Source of the DNA: an uncultured virus (IMG/VR IMGVR_UViG_3300020183_004466)
Taxonomy: Duplodnaviria > Heunggongvirae > Uroviricota > Caudoviricetes
Length of the DNA stretch: 20,000 nt
IMG/VR virus record: IMGVR_UViG_3300020183_004466
Reading direction: 5' to 3' (one strand)
The translations under genes and the position numbers were made by a program. The notes beneath the pieces are model-generated. The model made no database searches, had not been told where the DNA came from, and saw only the letters and a list, made by a program, of their open reading frames with translations. How positions within the stretch are numbered: position 1 is the first letter of the stretch; each line of letters begins with the position of its first letter. Shown one piece after another: positions 1-9,925 of the stretch.

Positions 1-54
1 TACAAATTCTTTGAAGTTGTTTATTTTTTTAGGATTATTCTTTTTACTTTCCAT
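1..54 (-). CDS. 5' end of a hypothetical protein running off the window (MESKKNNPKKINNFKEFV...), with a capsid-targeting-like motif
   Basis: Manual translation: ATG at 54, 7 nt after the nrdA stop, open to position 1. INNFKEFV matches the motif shared by other proteins here. Confidence 0.7.
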   Translation of the reverse strand, partial: MESKKNNPKKINNFKEFV

Positions 55-61
55 ACAATAT

Positions 62-2428
62 TTATGATCCGCAAGCTTCACAATCTTCTGGGTTATCAAT
101 ACTACAAACTAAATCGCTATAGTTGTCATCCTCCGATTTTATATCTTCCGATTTATTAGTATCTATTCCTAATCCTTTAATTGCAGTTGTTGCTGCTTTA
201 GTTCTGATGTAGTAGCTTCCAGTTTTTAATCCCTTCCCCCATCCATAGAAATGAGCTGAAGATAGCTTAGCAAAGTTTGCATCCTGAACAAATAGATTCA
301 TACTTTGGCTTTGGCAAATGAAAGGGGATCTTGCAGCAGCATGATCTATTATAACCTTCTGGCTCATCTCCCAGGCTGTTTTATAGATAGCTTTAAGATC
401 TTCTGGTATCTCGTTTATATCCTGTACCGATCCATTATTAATAATGATCTTGTCTCTAAGAGATTCACCCCATAATCCAAGTTTAACTAAATCCTTAACA
501 AGATGCTTGTTAACTACAGGAAATTCTCCAGATAATGTTTTTCTAATGTAAATATTGGATGTAAAGGGTTCAAAACATTCGTTGTTACCTAGAATCTGAC
601 TAGTTGAAGCAGTAGGCATAGGGGCAAGCAATAAAGAATTCCTAGCTCCGTGTGTTTTTACTCTTTCTCTTAAAGCTTCCCAATCCCATTTAGTTCCTGG
701 CGATTCATTCCATAAATCAAATTGGAATATGCCTTTAGATAATGGAGATCCTTTAAATGATTGATAAGCTCCCTCTTTTTCTGCAAGATCAACTGAAGCG
801 CACATAGCTCCGTAATATATTGCTTCAAAAATTTCTCTATCTAATTGTTTAGCCTCTTCAGACTCAAATGGGATCTTTAAGATAGCAAAAGTGTCAGCTA
901 ATCCTTGTACACCTATACCAATCGGTCTATGTTTAAGATTAGATGTTTTAGTTTCTTTAGTAGGATAGTAGTTAACATCAATTACCCTATTAAGATTAAC
1001 AGTAGCTGTGTAAGCGATGTCCTTTAGAGCATTAAAGTCATACTTAGGTTTCTTACCTGGGATAATGAATTTAGGTAGTGCGATAGAAGCTAGATTACAT
1101 ACTGCAGTTTCTTTCGAATCAGAATATTCAATAATCTCAGTACAAAGATTCGATGATTTAATAGTACCAAGATTCTTCTGGTTAGATTTAATATTTGCTG
1201 AATCCTTATAAAGAATATAAGGCGTTCCTGTTTCAATCTGTGCCTCTATAATTTTATACCAAAGATCTTGTGCTTTTACTGTTTTTCTTCCTCTTCCCTC
1301 AGATTCATATTTAGTGTAGAGCTTATTGAAATCTTCTCCGTAAGCATCATCTAGGCCAGGAGCTTCGTCTGGAGAAAATAAAGTCCAATCCCCATTTTCT
1401 TTTACCCTTTCCATAAATAAATTAGGAGTCCATAAAGCCAAGAAAAGATCTCTAGCTCTCATTTCTTCCTTTCCGTGATTCTTTCTAAGGTTTAAAAAAT
1501 CCTCCACGTCACAATGCCAAGGCTCTAAGTAAATAGCAAAAGATCCTTTTCTTCTACCCCCTCCTTGATCTACGTATCTAGCAGTTTCATTGAATACCTT
1601 TAGCATTGGAATAATTCCATTAGAAGTTCCATTGGTACCTTTAATATAAGCTCCGGTACCTCTTACATTGTGAATATGTAATCCTATACCTCCAGCATTT
1701 TTAGAAATTTGAGCTACGTCAGATAATGTTTTATAAATTCCTTGAATTGAATCGGCGTCCATAGAAACTAAGAAACAAGAAGAAAGCTGTGGTCTTCTAG
1801 TTCCGGAATTAAATAGGGTAGGAGTAGCATGTGTGAAATAACCCTGACTCATTAAGTCATAAGTTTTGTAAGCAGATGCTAAGTCATTCTTATGAATTCC
1901 TATAGCAACTCTCATTAACATCTGCTGTGGTCTTTCTGCTGGTTGCCCGTCAATCTTTAATAGATAAGATTTCTCTAATGTTTTAAATCCAAAGTAATCA
2001 TATTCTAGATCCCTATCAGTGATTATCTGAGAATCTATATCTTTAGAATTGTTCATGATAATTTCATAAACGTCATCAGCTATCATAGGAGCTTTTAAAC
2101 CTGTTCTAGGATCTACATAATTATATAGCTGATCTATTACGTGAGAAAAGCTTTTAGGTGTTCTTTTATGTAAAGATGTAACACATATTCTAGCAGCTAA
2201 AATAGAATAGTCAGGATGTGTAGGGGTTAAAGCAGCTGCTGTTTCTGCTGCTAATGTATCTAGTTCAATAGAAGTAATTCCATCATAAAGACCGTGGATA
2301 ACTTTTTTTGCTATTTCCATAGGCTCTATATAATCCATATTTAACCCATAACACTGCTTCTTAACTCTATTAAGAATCTTATCCAATTTCACTCTTTCTC
2401 TAGAGCCATCTCTTTTTATTACTTCCAT
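62..2428 (-). CDS. nrdA: Ribonucleoside-diphosphate reductase class Ia, alpha subunit, with N-terminal ATP-cone
   Basis: ATP-cone (VIKRDG), [10 protein letters not shown], catalytic LSSCF, NLCTEI and [19 protein letters not shown], Tyr pair GSYY, C-terminal CEAC. Bacteroidota/eukaryote-like subtype. Confidence 0.98.
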   Translation of the reverse strand: MEVIKRDGSRERVKLDKILNRVKKQCYGLNMDYIEPMEIAKKVIHGLYDGITSIELDTLAAETAAALTPTHPDYSILAARICVTSLHKRTPKSFSHVIDQLYNYVDPRTGLKAPMIADDVYEIIMNNSKDIDSQIITDRDLEYDYFGFKTLEKSYLLKIDGQPAERPQQMLMRVAIGIHKNDLASAYKTYDLMSQGYFTHATPTLFNSGTRRPQLSSCFLVSMDADSIQGIYKTLSDVAQISKNAGGIGLHIHNVRGTGAYIKGTNGTSNGIIPMLKVFNETARYVDQGGGRRKGSFAIYLEPWHCDVEDFLNLRKNHGKEEMRARDLFLALWTPNLFMERVKENGDWTLFSPDEAPGLDDAYGEDFNKLYTKYESEGRGRKTVKAQDLWYKIIEAQIETGTPYILYKDSANIKSNQKNLGTIKSSNLCTEIIEYSDSKETAVCNLASIALPKFIIPGKKPKYDFNALKDIAYTATVNLNRVIDVNYYPTKETKTSNLKHRPIGIGVQGLADTFAILKIPFESEEAKQLDREIFEAIYYGAMCASVDLAEKEGAYQSFKGSPLSKGIFQFDLWNESPGTKWDWEALRERVKTHGARNSLLLAPMPTASTSQILGNNECFEPFTSNIYIRKTLSGEFPVVNKHLVKDLVKLGLWGESLRDKIIINNGSVQDINEIPEDLKAIYKTAWEMSQKVIIDHAAARSPFICQSQSMNLFVQDANFAKLSSAHFYGWGKGLKTGSYYIRTKAATTAIKGLGIDTNKSEDIKSEDDNYSDLVCSIDNPEDCEACGS

Positions 2429-2442
2429 TTTACTATTTTATT

Positions 2443-2472
2443 TTTTTATTTTTTAGCCGACAATTAGTTTCA
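2443..2472 (-). promoter_or_regulatory. Candidate early/middle promoter TGAAAC-N18-TAAAAA upstream of nrdA
   Basis: TGAAAC at 2472-2467 and TAAAAA at 2448-2443. Same spacing as upstream of polB and Hc1. Confidence 0.55.
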
Positions 2473-2516
2473 ATCATTTGATTGATTAATTAGATTTCAT
2501 TAAATTTTTATTGTTG

Positions 2517-2723
2517 TTATGGTCTAAGATATCCTAAACTTGACATAGCGGAGTCTATCTTCATAACATCTGAATCGATAATTGGGTTATCTGAAGTGAT
2601 TAAAATTCCGGAGTCCTGTTCAGTAACAGAAAATGGATTATAACCAAGGTAGTAATTAATTCTTTCCGAAACTGTATTGGAATCTGAAGAATGTATTGAT
2701 GCAATATAATAAAGACTATTCAT
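2517..2723 (-). CDS. Hypothetical protein, 68 aa (possible accessory of the upstream fibre)
   Basis: ORF fills the gap between the fibre gene and nrdA, with an A-rich leader. TATAAATA lies at 2738-2731. Confidence 0.65.
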   Translation of the reverse strand: MNSLYYIASIHSSDSNTVSERINYYLGYNPFSVTEQDSGILITSDNPIIDSDVMKIDSAMSSLGYLRP

Positions 2724-2747
2724 ACTTATTTATTTATAATTTTGTAA

Positions 2748-4064
<1,317 letters not shown>

Positions 4065-4079
4065 TTATTATATCTCTTA

Positions 4080-4087
4080 TATATATT
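4080..4087 (-). promoter_or_regulatory. Candidate late promoter AATATATA
   Basis: RATATATA 21 nt upstream of the fibre gene GTG; one of 10 gene-proximal copies. Confidence 0.6.
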
Positions 4088-4109
4088 CAACCGGGGATCT
4101 ATTACTAAA

Positions 4110-5090
4110 TTAAAAGTCTGCATCCATAGTAAATGCCTTACCTGAATCTTTATTGTCTTTGGTACTATCCATAACACCAGATTTTTGATAAGAACCAACT
4201 CTTCCTTCAAAGAAATTTCCTTTATTTTCTAGAGCTATATTAACCATAAAATCAAATGGGCACTTAGTGTTATAGATCTTAGAGCATCCCAACGAAACTA
4301 ATAACCTATCAGCAACAAATTCTATGTATTCACACATAAGATCAGAATTCATACCTATAAGTCTTACGGGGAGTGAAGATGTAACAAACTCTTTTTCTAT
4401 CTCTACAGCTTCACTAATTATCTCCACCACTGTTTCCTCTGAAAGTTTATTTTCGATGTGGCTAGTGTAAAGTAAACAAGCAAAATCGCAGTGTAAGCCC
4501 TCGTCTCTAGATATCAATTCATTGGCAAAGCATAGACCCGGCATCAGTCCTCTTTTCTTTAACCAGAAGATTGAACAAAATGATCCAGAAAAGAAAACAC
4601 CTTCGACAGCTGCAAAAGCTATTAGGGTTTCAACAAAAGAACCGTTTTCGATCCATTTCATAGCCCAGTCAGCTTTTCTTTTAACGGAAGGAACGGTATC
4701 GATAGCATTAAACAAATGTTCCTTTTCCTCCTCATCATTTATATAGGAGTCAATTAGGAGAGAATAAGTTTCTCCGTGGATATTTTCTATAGCTAATTGA
4801 AATCCATAGAAACATCTTGCTTCTGGATACTGAACCTGATTAAAGAAGTTAGCTGCTAAATTTTCATTAACAATTCCATCAGAGTTATTAAAGAAAGCTA
4901 TTACGTGCTTAATAAAATATCTCTCGTTGTCATTTAATTTGTCTCTCCAGTGAGATATGTCTTGTGCTAAATCTATTTCCTCTGCTGTCCAAAAAGATGC
5001 TTCTGCTGTTTTGTACATTTTCCACAGATCGTGTTGTTGAACTGGGAATAGTGAGAATCTTTTCGGGTTGGGCGTTAATAATTTTTCCAT
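4110..5090 (-). CDS. nrdB: Ribonucleoside-diphosphate reductase class Ia, beta subunit
   Basis: FWTAEEIDL, iron ligands [14 protein letters not shown] and DEGLH, radical Tyr in [14 protein letters not shown]-terminal DADF. Confidence 0.98.
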   Translation of the reverse strand: MEKLLTPNPKRFSLFPVQQHDLWKMYKTAEASFWTAEEIDLAQDISHWRDKLNDNERYFIKHVIAFFNNSDGIVNENLAANFFNQVQYPEARCFYGFQLAIENIHGETYSLLIDSYINDEEEKEHLFNAIDTVPSVKRKADWAMKWIENGSFVETLIAFAAVEGVFFSGSFCSIFWLKKRGLMPGLCFANELISRDEGLHCDFACLLYTSHIENKLSEETVVEIISEAVEIEKEFVTSSLPVRLIGMNSDLMCEYIEFVADRLLVSLGCSKIYNTKCPFDFMVNIALENKGNFFEGRVGSYQKSGVMDSTKDNKDSGKAFTMDADF

Positions 5091-5104
5091 GAATTGTTTT
5101 ATTT

Positions 5105-5112
5105 TATATATT
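5105..5112 (-). promoter_or_regulatory. Candidate late-type promoter AATATATA upstream of nrdB
   Basis: RATATATA 14 nt upstream of the ATG, overlapping the dUTPase stop codon. Confidence 0.5.
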
Positions 5113-5575
5113 AGTATCCTCTCTCTTGTCTGTTGTGATTTTCTGAATTTTTTGACATATAAAGATTAACAATATCCTTACTTGTCATCCCTATAGAAAT
5201 AGCAAAATTCATAAAGAAATGTAATCCATCGATCCACTCATAGAATAGCTCTAACTTATCTGCTTCACTAAGATCAGATATCTTCATTTCAGTTGTTTTC
5301 TTGTTATCCCCCTTCCAATATTTCCAACCTGCAGATCCAATACCATCATTGATTCCTCCTAGTGCATCAAACATCTCGTTGAGTTCATCCCCAAGAGCAT
5401 GTTTGTTAACCATCCAAAAATCTGCTATCTGTTTAATAGACCAATCTTTAAAATCGAACCCGTATCTTTCCTGAAGTTCTTTTTGTTTGTTGTAAATTAA
5501 TCCTAAAGTGTCTTCCGACCCTGTGTAAAAATCCTCCACGGGAAGATCTGCGCATTTGTTATCCGTATTCGCCAT
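5111..5575 (-). CDS. dut: Dimeric all-alpha dUTPase/dCTPase (dUTPase_2, T4 gp56-like family)
   Basis: [17 protein letters not shown] and [13 protein letters not shown] are the hallmark motifs of dimeric dUTPases. Confidence 0.88.
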   Translation of the reverse strand: MANTDNKCADLPVEDFYTGSEDTLGLIYNKQKELQERYGFDFKDWSIKQIADFWMVNKHALGDELNEMFDALGGINDGIGSAGWKYWKGDNKKTTEMKISDLSEADKLELFYEWIDGLHFFMNFAISIGMTSKDIVNLYMSKNSENHNRQERGY

Positions 5576-5614
5576 AATTTATTTTAATTTTATTCTTTTA
5601 TTAATTCTTTGTAT

Positions 5615-5851
5615 TTATAATCCTTCATAGAGTGAAATTAAAGAATCTAATTTATCTTTAGCATTTGTGTAAGATTCTATCCATCTGTCATGCTCTGCCA
5701 ATAAGTCAGAGTGCTCGCCTATAGCGGCTAAATTGGAATTTGAAAAATATAAAGCTAAATTAGCCTTAGCTTCCTCCATCTGGTATTCATACTTCTTTTT
5801 CAAAGCGATCACATAGTTTTGTCCGTGATTTTGCATTAATGTTATTTTCAT
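5615..5851 (-). CDS. Hypothetical helical phage protein (AIGEHSD motif)
   Basis: 78-aa ORF in an operon with polB and dut, coiled-coil character. It lacks polymerase motifs B and C. Confidence 0.8.
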   Translation of the reverse strand: MKITLMQNHGQNYVIALKKKYEYQMEEAKANLALYFSNSNLAAIGEHSDLLAEHDRWIESYTNAKDKLDSLISLYEGL

Positions 5852-5861
5852 ATTGTATTTT

Positions 5862-7268
5862 TTATTGTTTTGATTTTATTGCTTTTTTAATTTTTTCTAT
5901 TTCTTTCTCACATTCGAAATATTTCTTCTTAGTAGCTTTTCTCTGTGAATAAAGGCCTTTTAATATTTCTCTAAGTATTGGTTCTTGGCCATCCTTATTG
6001 TAGAATACAGCACCGGAAGATGTTTTGATTGCGCCCTCTGGTATTTCTTTTAAGTTCTTGCCTATGTAAGCTTCCGGTGAAATCCCCCACTGCACCATAG
6101 TATTAGGATACAGGGAAGCAAAGTCAAAACAAGCTATCCATTCATATAATCCTTTTTCGGGCTTCTTTACATAAGCCCCCTCGAATTTTACATGGGATTC
6201 TCCTTTTCTTTCGTTTACTATAACTTTATTCCTTTCTAAAAATTTTCTAAGCATTAGAACCTCTGTAGTCCAAACAGGAGACAGTGCCCTATTAATTTCC
6301 ACCCTACTAACTTCTGCAATTTTAAAGAACGTCGATAATGTATCCAATCTTTTATCTATGTAATGAACTAAAGCGCAGTCAACTGCGTTATAGAAGATAA
6401 AGGTTTCGAAATCAGACTCGTATAGATCCTTCAATGTCCCATTGTAAGAAATCTTTTTTATTCCTATTGCTTGGTTAGCTACGTAGTCCAAAGAATTAGA
6501 TTCCCGTATTTTTATAACTCTATCCCACTTCTTATAAATGTCCAGGTAATCCACCATAAGAATGTGCATAGGTATTTGATTCTGTCCTAGAAGAATTCCT
6601 GACGGAGAAGCTATCTTAGGATCAATTCCTAATCTTTTTGCCCTGTTGATAAGATAAGGCCAGTCATATCCAAACCAGTTCCATCCGGTTATTAAAGGCA
6701 TCTTGGGAACTAGCTTAGAAAGGAAAGTGTATATCATATCAAACTCAGTGTCAAACCTCCTATAATTAAAAGTCCATTCGCCCTGTTGATCTTTGAAATG
6801 CTCTTTTATTCTTTTCTCGATTTTTAATATTCGTTCCTGTGGCATATCCTCAAGTCCAATAACAAGAATTTTTCCTTGGGATGAAGCCATACCAATAGAC
6901 AATACCCTGTTTTTAGAGTTCTCTGTGTCTAAAGAATCCGCTCTGTTATCTGTTATTTCAACCTCAATATCTACAAAATATTTCTTAGGTGTTTGATAAT
7001 CCCAGAGAGGCTTAGTTATATTAGGATCAATCGCCTCTAATATTTCAACAACCCTATATTTGTCAAATTTGCTGGAGGGAACTTTTTTAACCGGACAATT
7101 ATCCCAGGATCTCCATTCTTTATCTTTGTTTCTGTCATTCTCTGATGTCTTTTGCCAAACAAATTGTAGATGCTTAGGTACCGGGATTTTTAATAAATTA
7201 ACTTCTCCTTCTTCTGTGTAATGAGAAACGGATAATCCATTTCCTATGTTCTCAATATCTATGATCAT
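5862..7268 (-). CDS. polB: Family B DNA polymerase, N-terminal subunit (3'-5' exonuclease + motif A) of a split gp43-like enzyme
   Basis: ExoI FVDIE, ExoII GWNWFGYDWPYL, ExoIII YNAVD, FEGAYV, motif A DFASLYP. The ORF stops in the first fingers helix, with no KxxxNSxYG or YGDTDS. Confidence 0.9.
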   Translation of the reverse strand: MIIDIENIGNGLSVSHYTEEGEVNLLKIPVPKHLQFVWQKTSENDRNKDKEWRSWDNCPVKKVPSSKFDKYRVVEILEAIDPNITKPLWDYQTPKKYFVDIEVEITDNRADSLDTENSKNRVLSIGMASSQGKILVIGLEDMPQERILKIEKRIKEHFKDQQGEWTFNYRRFDTEFDMIYTFLSKLVPKMPLITGWNWFGYDWPYLINRAKRLGIDPKIASPSGILLGQNQIPMHILMVDYLDIYKKWDRVIKIRESNSLDYVANQAIGIKKISYNGTLKDLYESDFETFIFYNAVDCALVHYIDKRLDTLSTFFKIAEVSRVEINRALSPVWTTEVLMLRKFLERNKVIVNERKGESHVKFEGAYVKKPEKGLYEWIACFDFASLYPNTMVQWGISPEAYIGKNLKEIPEGAIKTSSGAVFYNKDGQEPILREILKGLYSQRKATKKKYFECEKEIEKIKKAIKSKQ

Positions 7269-7272
7269 ATCT

Positions 7273-7302
7273 ATTTTATAGGTTTATAGGGAAGAGGTTT
7301 CA
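7273..7302 (-). promoter_or_regulatory. Candidate early/middle promoter TGAAAC-N18-TAAAAT upstream of polB
   Basis: TGAAAC at 7302-7297 and TAAAAT at 7278-7273, 4 nt before the ATG. Confidence 0.6.
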
Positions 7303-7308
7303 AAAAAG

Positions 7309-7318
7309 AATATATATT
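7309..7318. promoter_or_regulatory. Palindromic AATATATATT, candidate late promoter for the + strand gene and readable on both strands
   Basis: AATATATA at 7309-7316 is followed by 4 nt and then GTG at 7321. Confidence 0.6.
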
Positions 7319-7320
7319 AG

Positions 7321-7626
7321 GTGAAAAAAATTCTATCTTTTAAATTATTCGAGGAGGTTTATCTAAACGACATAAATCCTTTTGACCAGGAAAGGAAGTA
7401 TACACCAGGCCTAAGGTTCGCTAATAGAGATGAAGCTATAAAATCAGTAAGAAGAGTTCAAGAGATGTTGGATAAAAAACAAATAGAATTGAAAGATGCC
7501 ATTATAGCTTCCTACATAATGTCTAAAAGAGCGGAGTCTCACAAATACCAGAAACAAGGTATTAAAGAGGGAGGTCTAGTTTGGAAAGAATATCTAGAAC
7601 AGTTAAAGAAAAAAGAATCAGTATAA
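7321..7626 (+). CDS. Hypothetical protein with capsid-targeting-like N-terminus; the only + strand gene
   Basis: 101 aa, GTG start, MKKILSFKLFEE. Fills the gap between a divergent and a convergent neighbour. Confidence 0.8.
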   Translation: MKKILSFKLFEEVYLNDINPFDQERKYTPGLRFANRDEAIKSVRRVQEMLDKKQIELKDAIIASYIMSKRAESHKYQKQGIKEGGLVWKEYLEQLKKKESV

Positions 7627-8208
7627 TTACTTATTAGATTTTAAATAAGTAACAAACTTATTAACTATATCTGTAAAGTTATAATCATCTGTTGTAACAT
7701 CTGGGATATTTGATGAATTCTTACCTAGATCCTTTAAGTATTTATAAAAAATCTTAAACGAAGGTGAAAGCTGATCCTTCTCCTCGCTTTTATTTACTTC
7801 TTTTATCGATTTAGTAAATCCCATCATGAATCTATCTACGGAATTCTTGTCTATTTTTTCAAGATCACAATAATCAAAGAAAGCAACAAGTATATCCCAC
7901 ATATTTTCTGGAGTTATATCAGGGAATCCTTTTTTTACACGGTCTAATCCGGCTGATGTAGTTATTTTACATTCGCATACGGATTTCTTGTCGGTTGAAT
8001 TTTCTTTACTACTATAAAACTCTATTCTAGCTTCCTCTTTTACGCCTTTTTTGTTGTATATTATAGAGAAAGTTCCATTTTTACTAAATACGAGATATCC
8101 ATTCTCTTCTTTCTTCTCGAAAGAACCCTCGTTGCTTATTATAGCCCAATTAGTTGTTACCATATCGAGTTTTTCAAACAACTGATTGAATGTTAATAAA
8201 TGATTCAT
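7627..8208 (-). CDS. Hypothetical protein with capsid-targeting-like N-terminus (193 aa; start revised from 8280)
   Basis: ATG at 8208 (MNHLLTFNQLFEK) avoids overlap with the glycosylase gene and follows AATATATA by 4 nt. Confidence 0.8.
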   Translation of the reverse strand: MNHLLTFNQLFEKLDMVTTNWAIISNEGSFEKKEENGYLVFSKNGTFSIIYNKKGVKEEARIEFYSSKENSTDKKSVCECKITTSAGLDRVKKGFPDITPENMWDILVAFFDYCDLEKIDKNSVDRFMMGFTKSIKEVNKSEEKDQLSPSFKIFYKYLKDLGKNSSNIPDVTTDDYNFTDIVNKFVTYLKSNK

Positions 8209-8212
8209 GTAG

Positions 8213-8220
8213 TATATATT
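8213..8220 (-). promoter_or_regulatory. Candidate late promoter AATATATA
   Basis: 4 nt upstream of ATG 8208, overlapping the upstream stop codon. Confidence 0.6.
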
Positions 8221-8605
8221 ACTGAATCGATTCCAAATACATTTTAAGCTTTTTATCCTTTGGTATAAACAGGATATCATTATTTACGAAGATCCTCCAC
8301 GCTTCCCTACCGTAATCACCTATCCCAGGAAATTTAAAAGGATCCCTTATTCCAGATTCCCAAGCATTTGAGAATTCTTTTATCCTTTTAGTTTTTATAT
8401 TTTGAAATCCAGTTGTTTTTATAAAATCAGAAATAACTAAATCATTCTCAGCTATTAAAGATTTAGGATTTGGCCATTTTTTAAAGAAGTTTTCTATCAG
8501 AGGCCTTACCTGTTTATTACTAGTTTGGTTAAGTAATATACAACAAACTAAAACCTTCCAAGGATCTTTAGCGTATTCTTCTTGTATTATCTTAATTCTT
8601 TGCAC
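8219..8605 (-). CDS. HhH-GPD DNA glycosylase resembling the MBD4 catalytic domain
   Basis: IQEEYAKDPWKVLVCCILLNQT, FFKKWP, HhH FPGIGDYG, WRIF and PKDKKL parallel MBD4 IQE..HDPW..IFLNRT, LHGIGKYG, YRIF and PEDHKL, including the catalytic Asp. No Fe-S cysteine cluster. GTG start. Confidence 0.85.
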   Translation of the reverse strand: MQRIKIIQEEYAKDPWKVLVCCILLNQTSNKQVRPLIENFFKKWPNPKSLIAENDLVISDFIKTTGFQNIKTKRIKEFSNAWESGIRDPFKFPGIGDYGREAWRIFVNNDILFIPKDKKLKMYLESIQ

Positions 8606-8630
8606 TTAGCTAAATTAAGAAAAATAAATC

Positions 8631-9098
8631 TTACTGGTTTGATTTTGATGCTTTTTGGAAGGTTTTAAAGTCCATCAAAGAATTACTTATTGGATTTGGA
8701 GTTTCTTTAGATACTTTTTTCTTCTTTTTTTTAGCTGCTGGAGTACCAACAGTTAAGCTAGGAAATTGATCTCCTGACCCTGTTCTTCCTGGTCCGGGAG
8801 GTACAACGTTACCCATTCCCGGTGTTCCAGCCAAAGATGCCATAGCACCTCCGCTCTCCTCTATCTCGTTAGATATCTTATCTTTAAATACCCGGTACAT
8901 CCCCCTTTCGCCTTCTATAACATATCCTATTACTTCCCCTACGCTATTCCTAATAGAATCGTCAACTCTTCCACTTCTTCCGTCTATAAGGGAAACCCTC
9001 TTACCTACTAATGGATCCTGATCATATTTAGAAGATCTATAAGATTCGTATTCTCTGATATTACTTGTGGTTCCTCCACATCCGCAATCCTCACTCAT
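8631..9098 (-). CDS. Hypothetical protein (small beta-barrel-like domain, Gly/Pro-rich linker, Lys tract)
   Basis: 155-aa ORF starting 1 nt after the upstream stop; C-terminal LMDFKTF motif. Confidence 0.8.
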   Translation of the reverse strand: MSEDCGCGGTTSNIREYESYRSSKYDQDPLVGKRVSLIDGRSGRVDDSIRNSVGEVIGYVIEGERGMYRVFKDKISNEIEESGGAMASLAGTPGMGNVVPPGPGRTGSGDQFPSLTVGTPAAKKKKKKVSKETPNPISNSLMDFKTFQKASKSNQ

Positions 9099-9099
9099 A

Positions 9100-9435
9100 T
9101 TAATTTTTTGTTTTATTTATAAATTCTCTATAATCCGAAAGATTTTGCATCCTTCTTGTTTTAGATTTTTTAGGCTTATTCGACTCTGGACTAAGATGAG
9201 GTATTATAGTAGCTATTCCCTCTTCGATCTCTTCTGGTAGATTTTTATGCTTTGTACTAGCATAATCCTTCAGATCTTTTTTCTTCATATTATTGGCTAT
9301 ATCTACTATGGTCTCTCTGTAAGCAGAATCTATTTTTCTAGGATTTATACCCTCTTTTCCGTTCGTGTCCATCCACTTACGTACTCCGTGTGCTTGTCCC
9401 ATTAATCTTTGCTGTGTTCTGGATACCGCAGGCAT
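9100..9435 (-). CDS. DUF3008-like protein
   Basis: MPAVSRTQQRLMG...MKKKDLKDYASTKHKNLPE resembles the DUF3008 pattern (MPAKS..QQ...DFASTK.KGLP) seen in T4-like phages. Confidence 0.7.
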   Translation of the reverse strand: MPAVSRTQQRLMGQAHGVRKWMDTNGKEGINPRKIDSAYRETIVDIANNMKKKDLKDYASTKHKNLPEEIEEGIATIIPHLSPESNKPKKSKTRRMQNLSDYREFINKTKN

Positions 9436-9438
9436 TAT

Positions 9439-9615
9439 CTAAGTTTTTTGGAATTTTGGTTTTTTCTTTATATATTCGTTCCAGGTCCAAATAAATCTAC
9501 GATAATTATTTTTGACCATGTTGAATCCTGTATCACCATCAGGTATCTTTACTGGAGATACTGGTGGTTCATATGAACTAGTTTCCGCAGAATTTGTTTT
9601 TTTATCTTTTGCCAT
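9439..9615 (-). CDS. Small hypothetical protein, 58 aa (missing from the ORF track)
   Basis: Manual translation MAKDKKTNSAETSSYEPPVSPVKIPDGDTGFNMVKNNYRRFIWTWNEYIKKKPKFQKT*. It fills the gap and has GATATATA 40 nt upstream. Confidence 0.75.
   Translation of the reverse strand: MAKDKKTNSAETSSYEPPVSPVKIPDGDTGFNMVKNNYRRFIWTWNEYIKKKPKFQKT
9469..9476 (-). promoter_or_regulatory. Candidate late promoter AATATATA
   Basis: 33 nt upstream of ATG 9435, inside the 58-aa ORF. Confidence 0.45.
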
Positions 9616-9636
9616 TAGATCTATTAGTCACGGGAT

Positions 9637-9672
9637 AAAAAAAATCCCGGTAAATTATATATCTACCGGGAT
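9637..9672 (-). terminator. Rho-independent terminator after the Hc1/DUF4494 operon, with GATATATA at the top of the hairpin
   Basis: Perfect 9-bp inverted repeat ATCCCGGTA (9644-9652) / TACCGGGAT (9664-9672), extendable to 12 bp with a G:U pair. A U-tract (9643-9637) follows on the minus strand. Confidence 0.85.
9656..9663 (-). promoter_or_regulatory. Candidate late promoter GATATATA
   Basis: Lies within the terminator hairpin, 40 nt upstream of ATG 9615. Confidence 0.6.
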
Positions 9673-9689
9673 CAAATAAAAGAATTTTC

Positions 9690-9920
9690 TTATCCTCGAA
9701 TATGTATCACAGATTCGATTTTAGACTGAGCTACAGCAGTAACTTCAAAATCTAAATGTGCAGTTGCATTATCACCAGCTAGATGCTTGTGTACAGTTGT
9801 TTCTGCATCAGTTACACTTTCAGCTTCAACTAAGATCTCAGACTTAGATGCTTTTGCTTTACCGGTACTTTTAGAAACTTCACCAGTAAAAAAGCTAACT
9901 TTACAAATGTAATAACCCAT
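9690..9920 (-). CDS. DUF4494-like protein (Bacteroidota-type)
   Basis: YYICKV...EILVEAESVTDAE...DFEVTAVAQSKIESV matches the pattern I recall for DUF4494. Confidence 0.7.
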   Translation of the reverse strand: MGYYICKVSFFTGEVSKSTGKAKASKSEILVEAESVTDAETTVHKHLAGDNATAHLDFEVTAVAQSKIESVIHIRG

Positions 9921-9925
9921 AAAGA

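Noticed and set aside
5615..5864. Frameshift, intron or intein continuing polB into the next ORF
   Set aside because: No motif B/C, splicing or homing-endonuclease signature downstream. The 78-aa ORF and dut are complete independent genes.
9436..9441. In-frame TAG between the 58-aa ORF and the DUF3008-like gene, suggesting stop-codon reassignment
   Set aside because: All long genes are uninterrupted under code 11, uvsW ends at TAG at the expected C-terminus, and the downstream gene has a family-typical MPAVS start.
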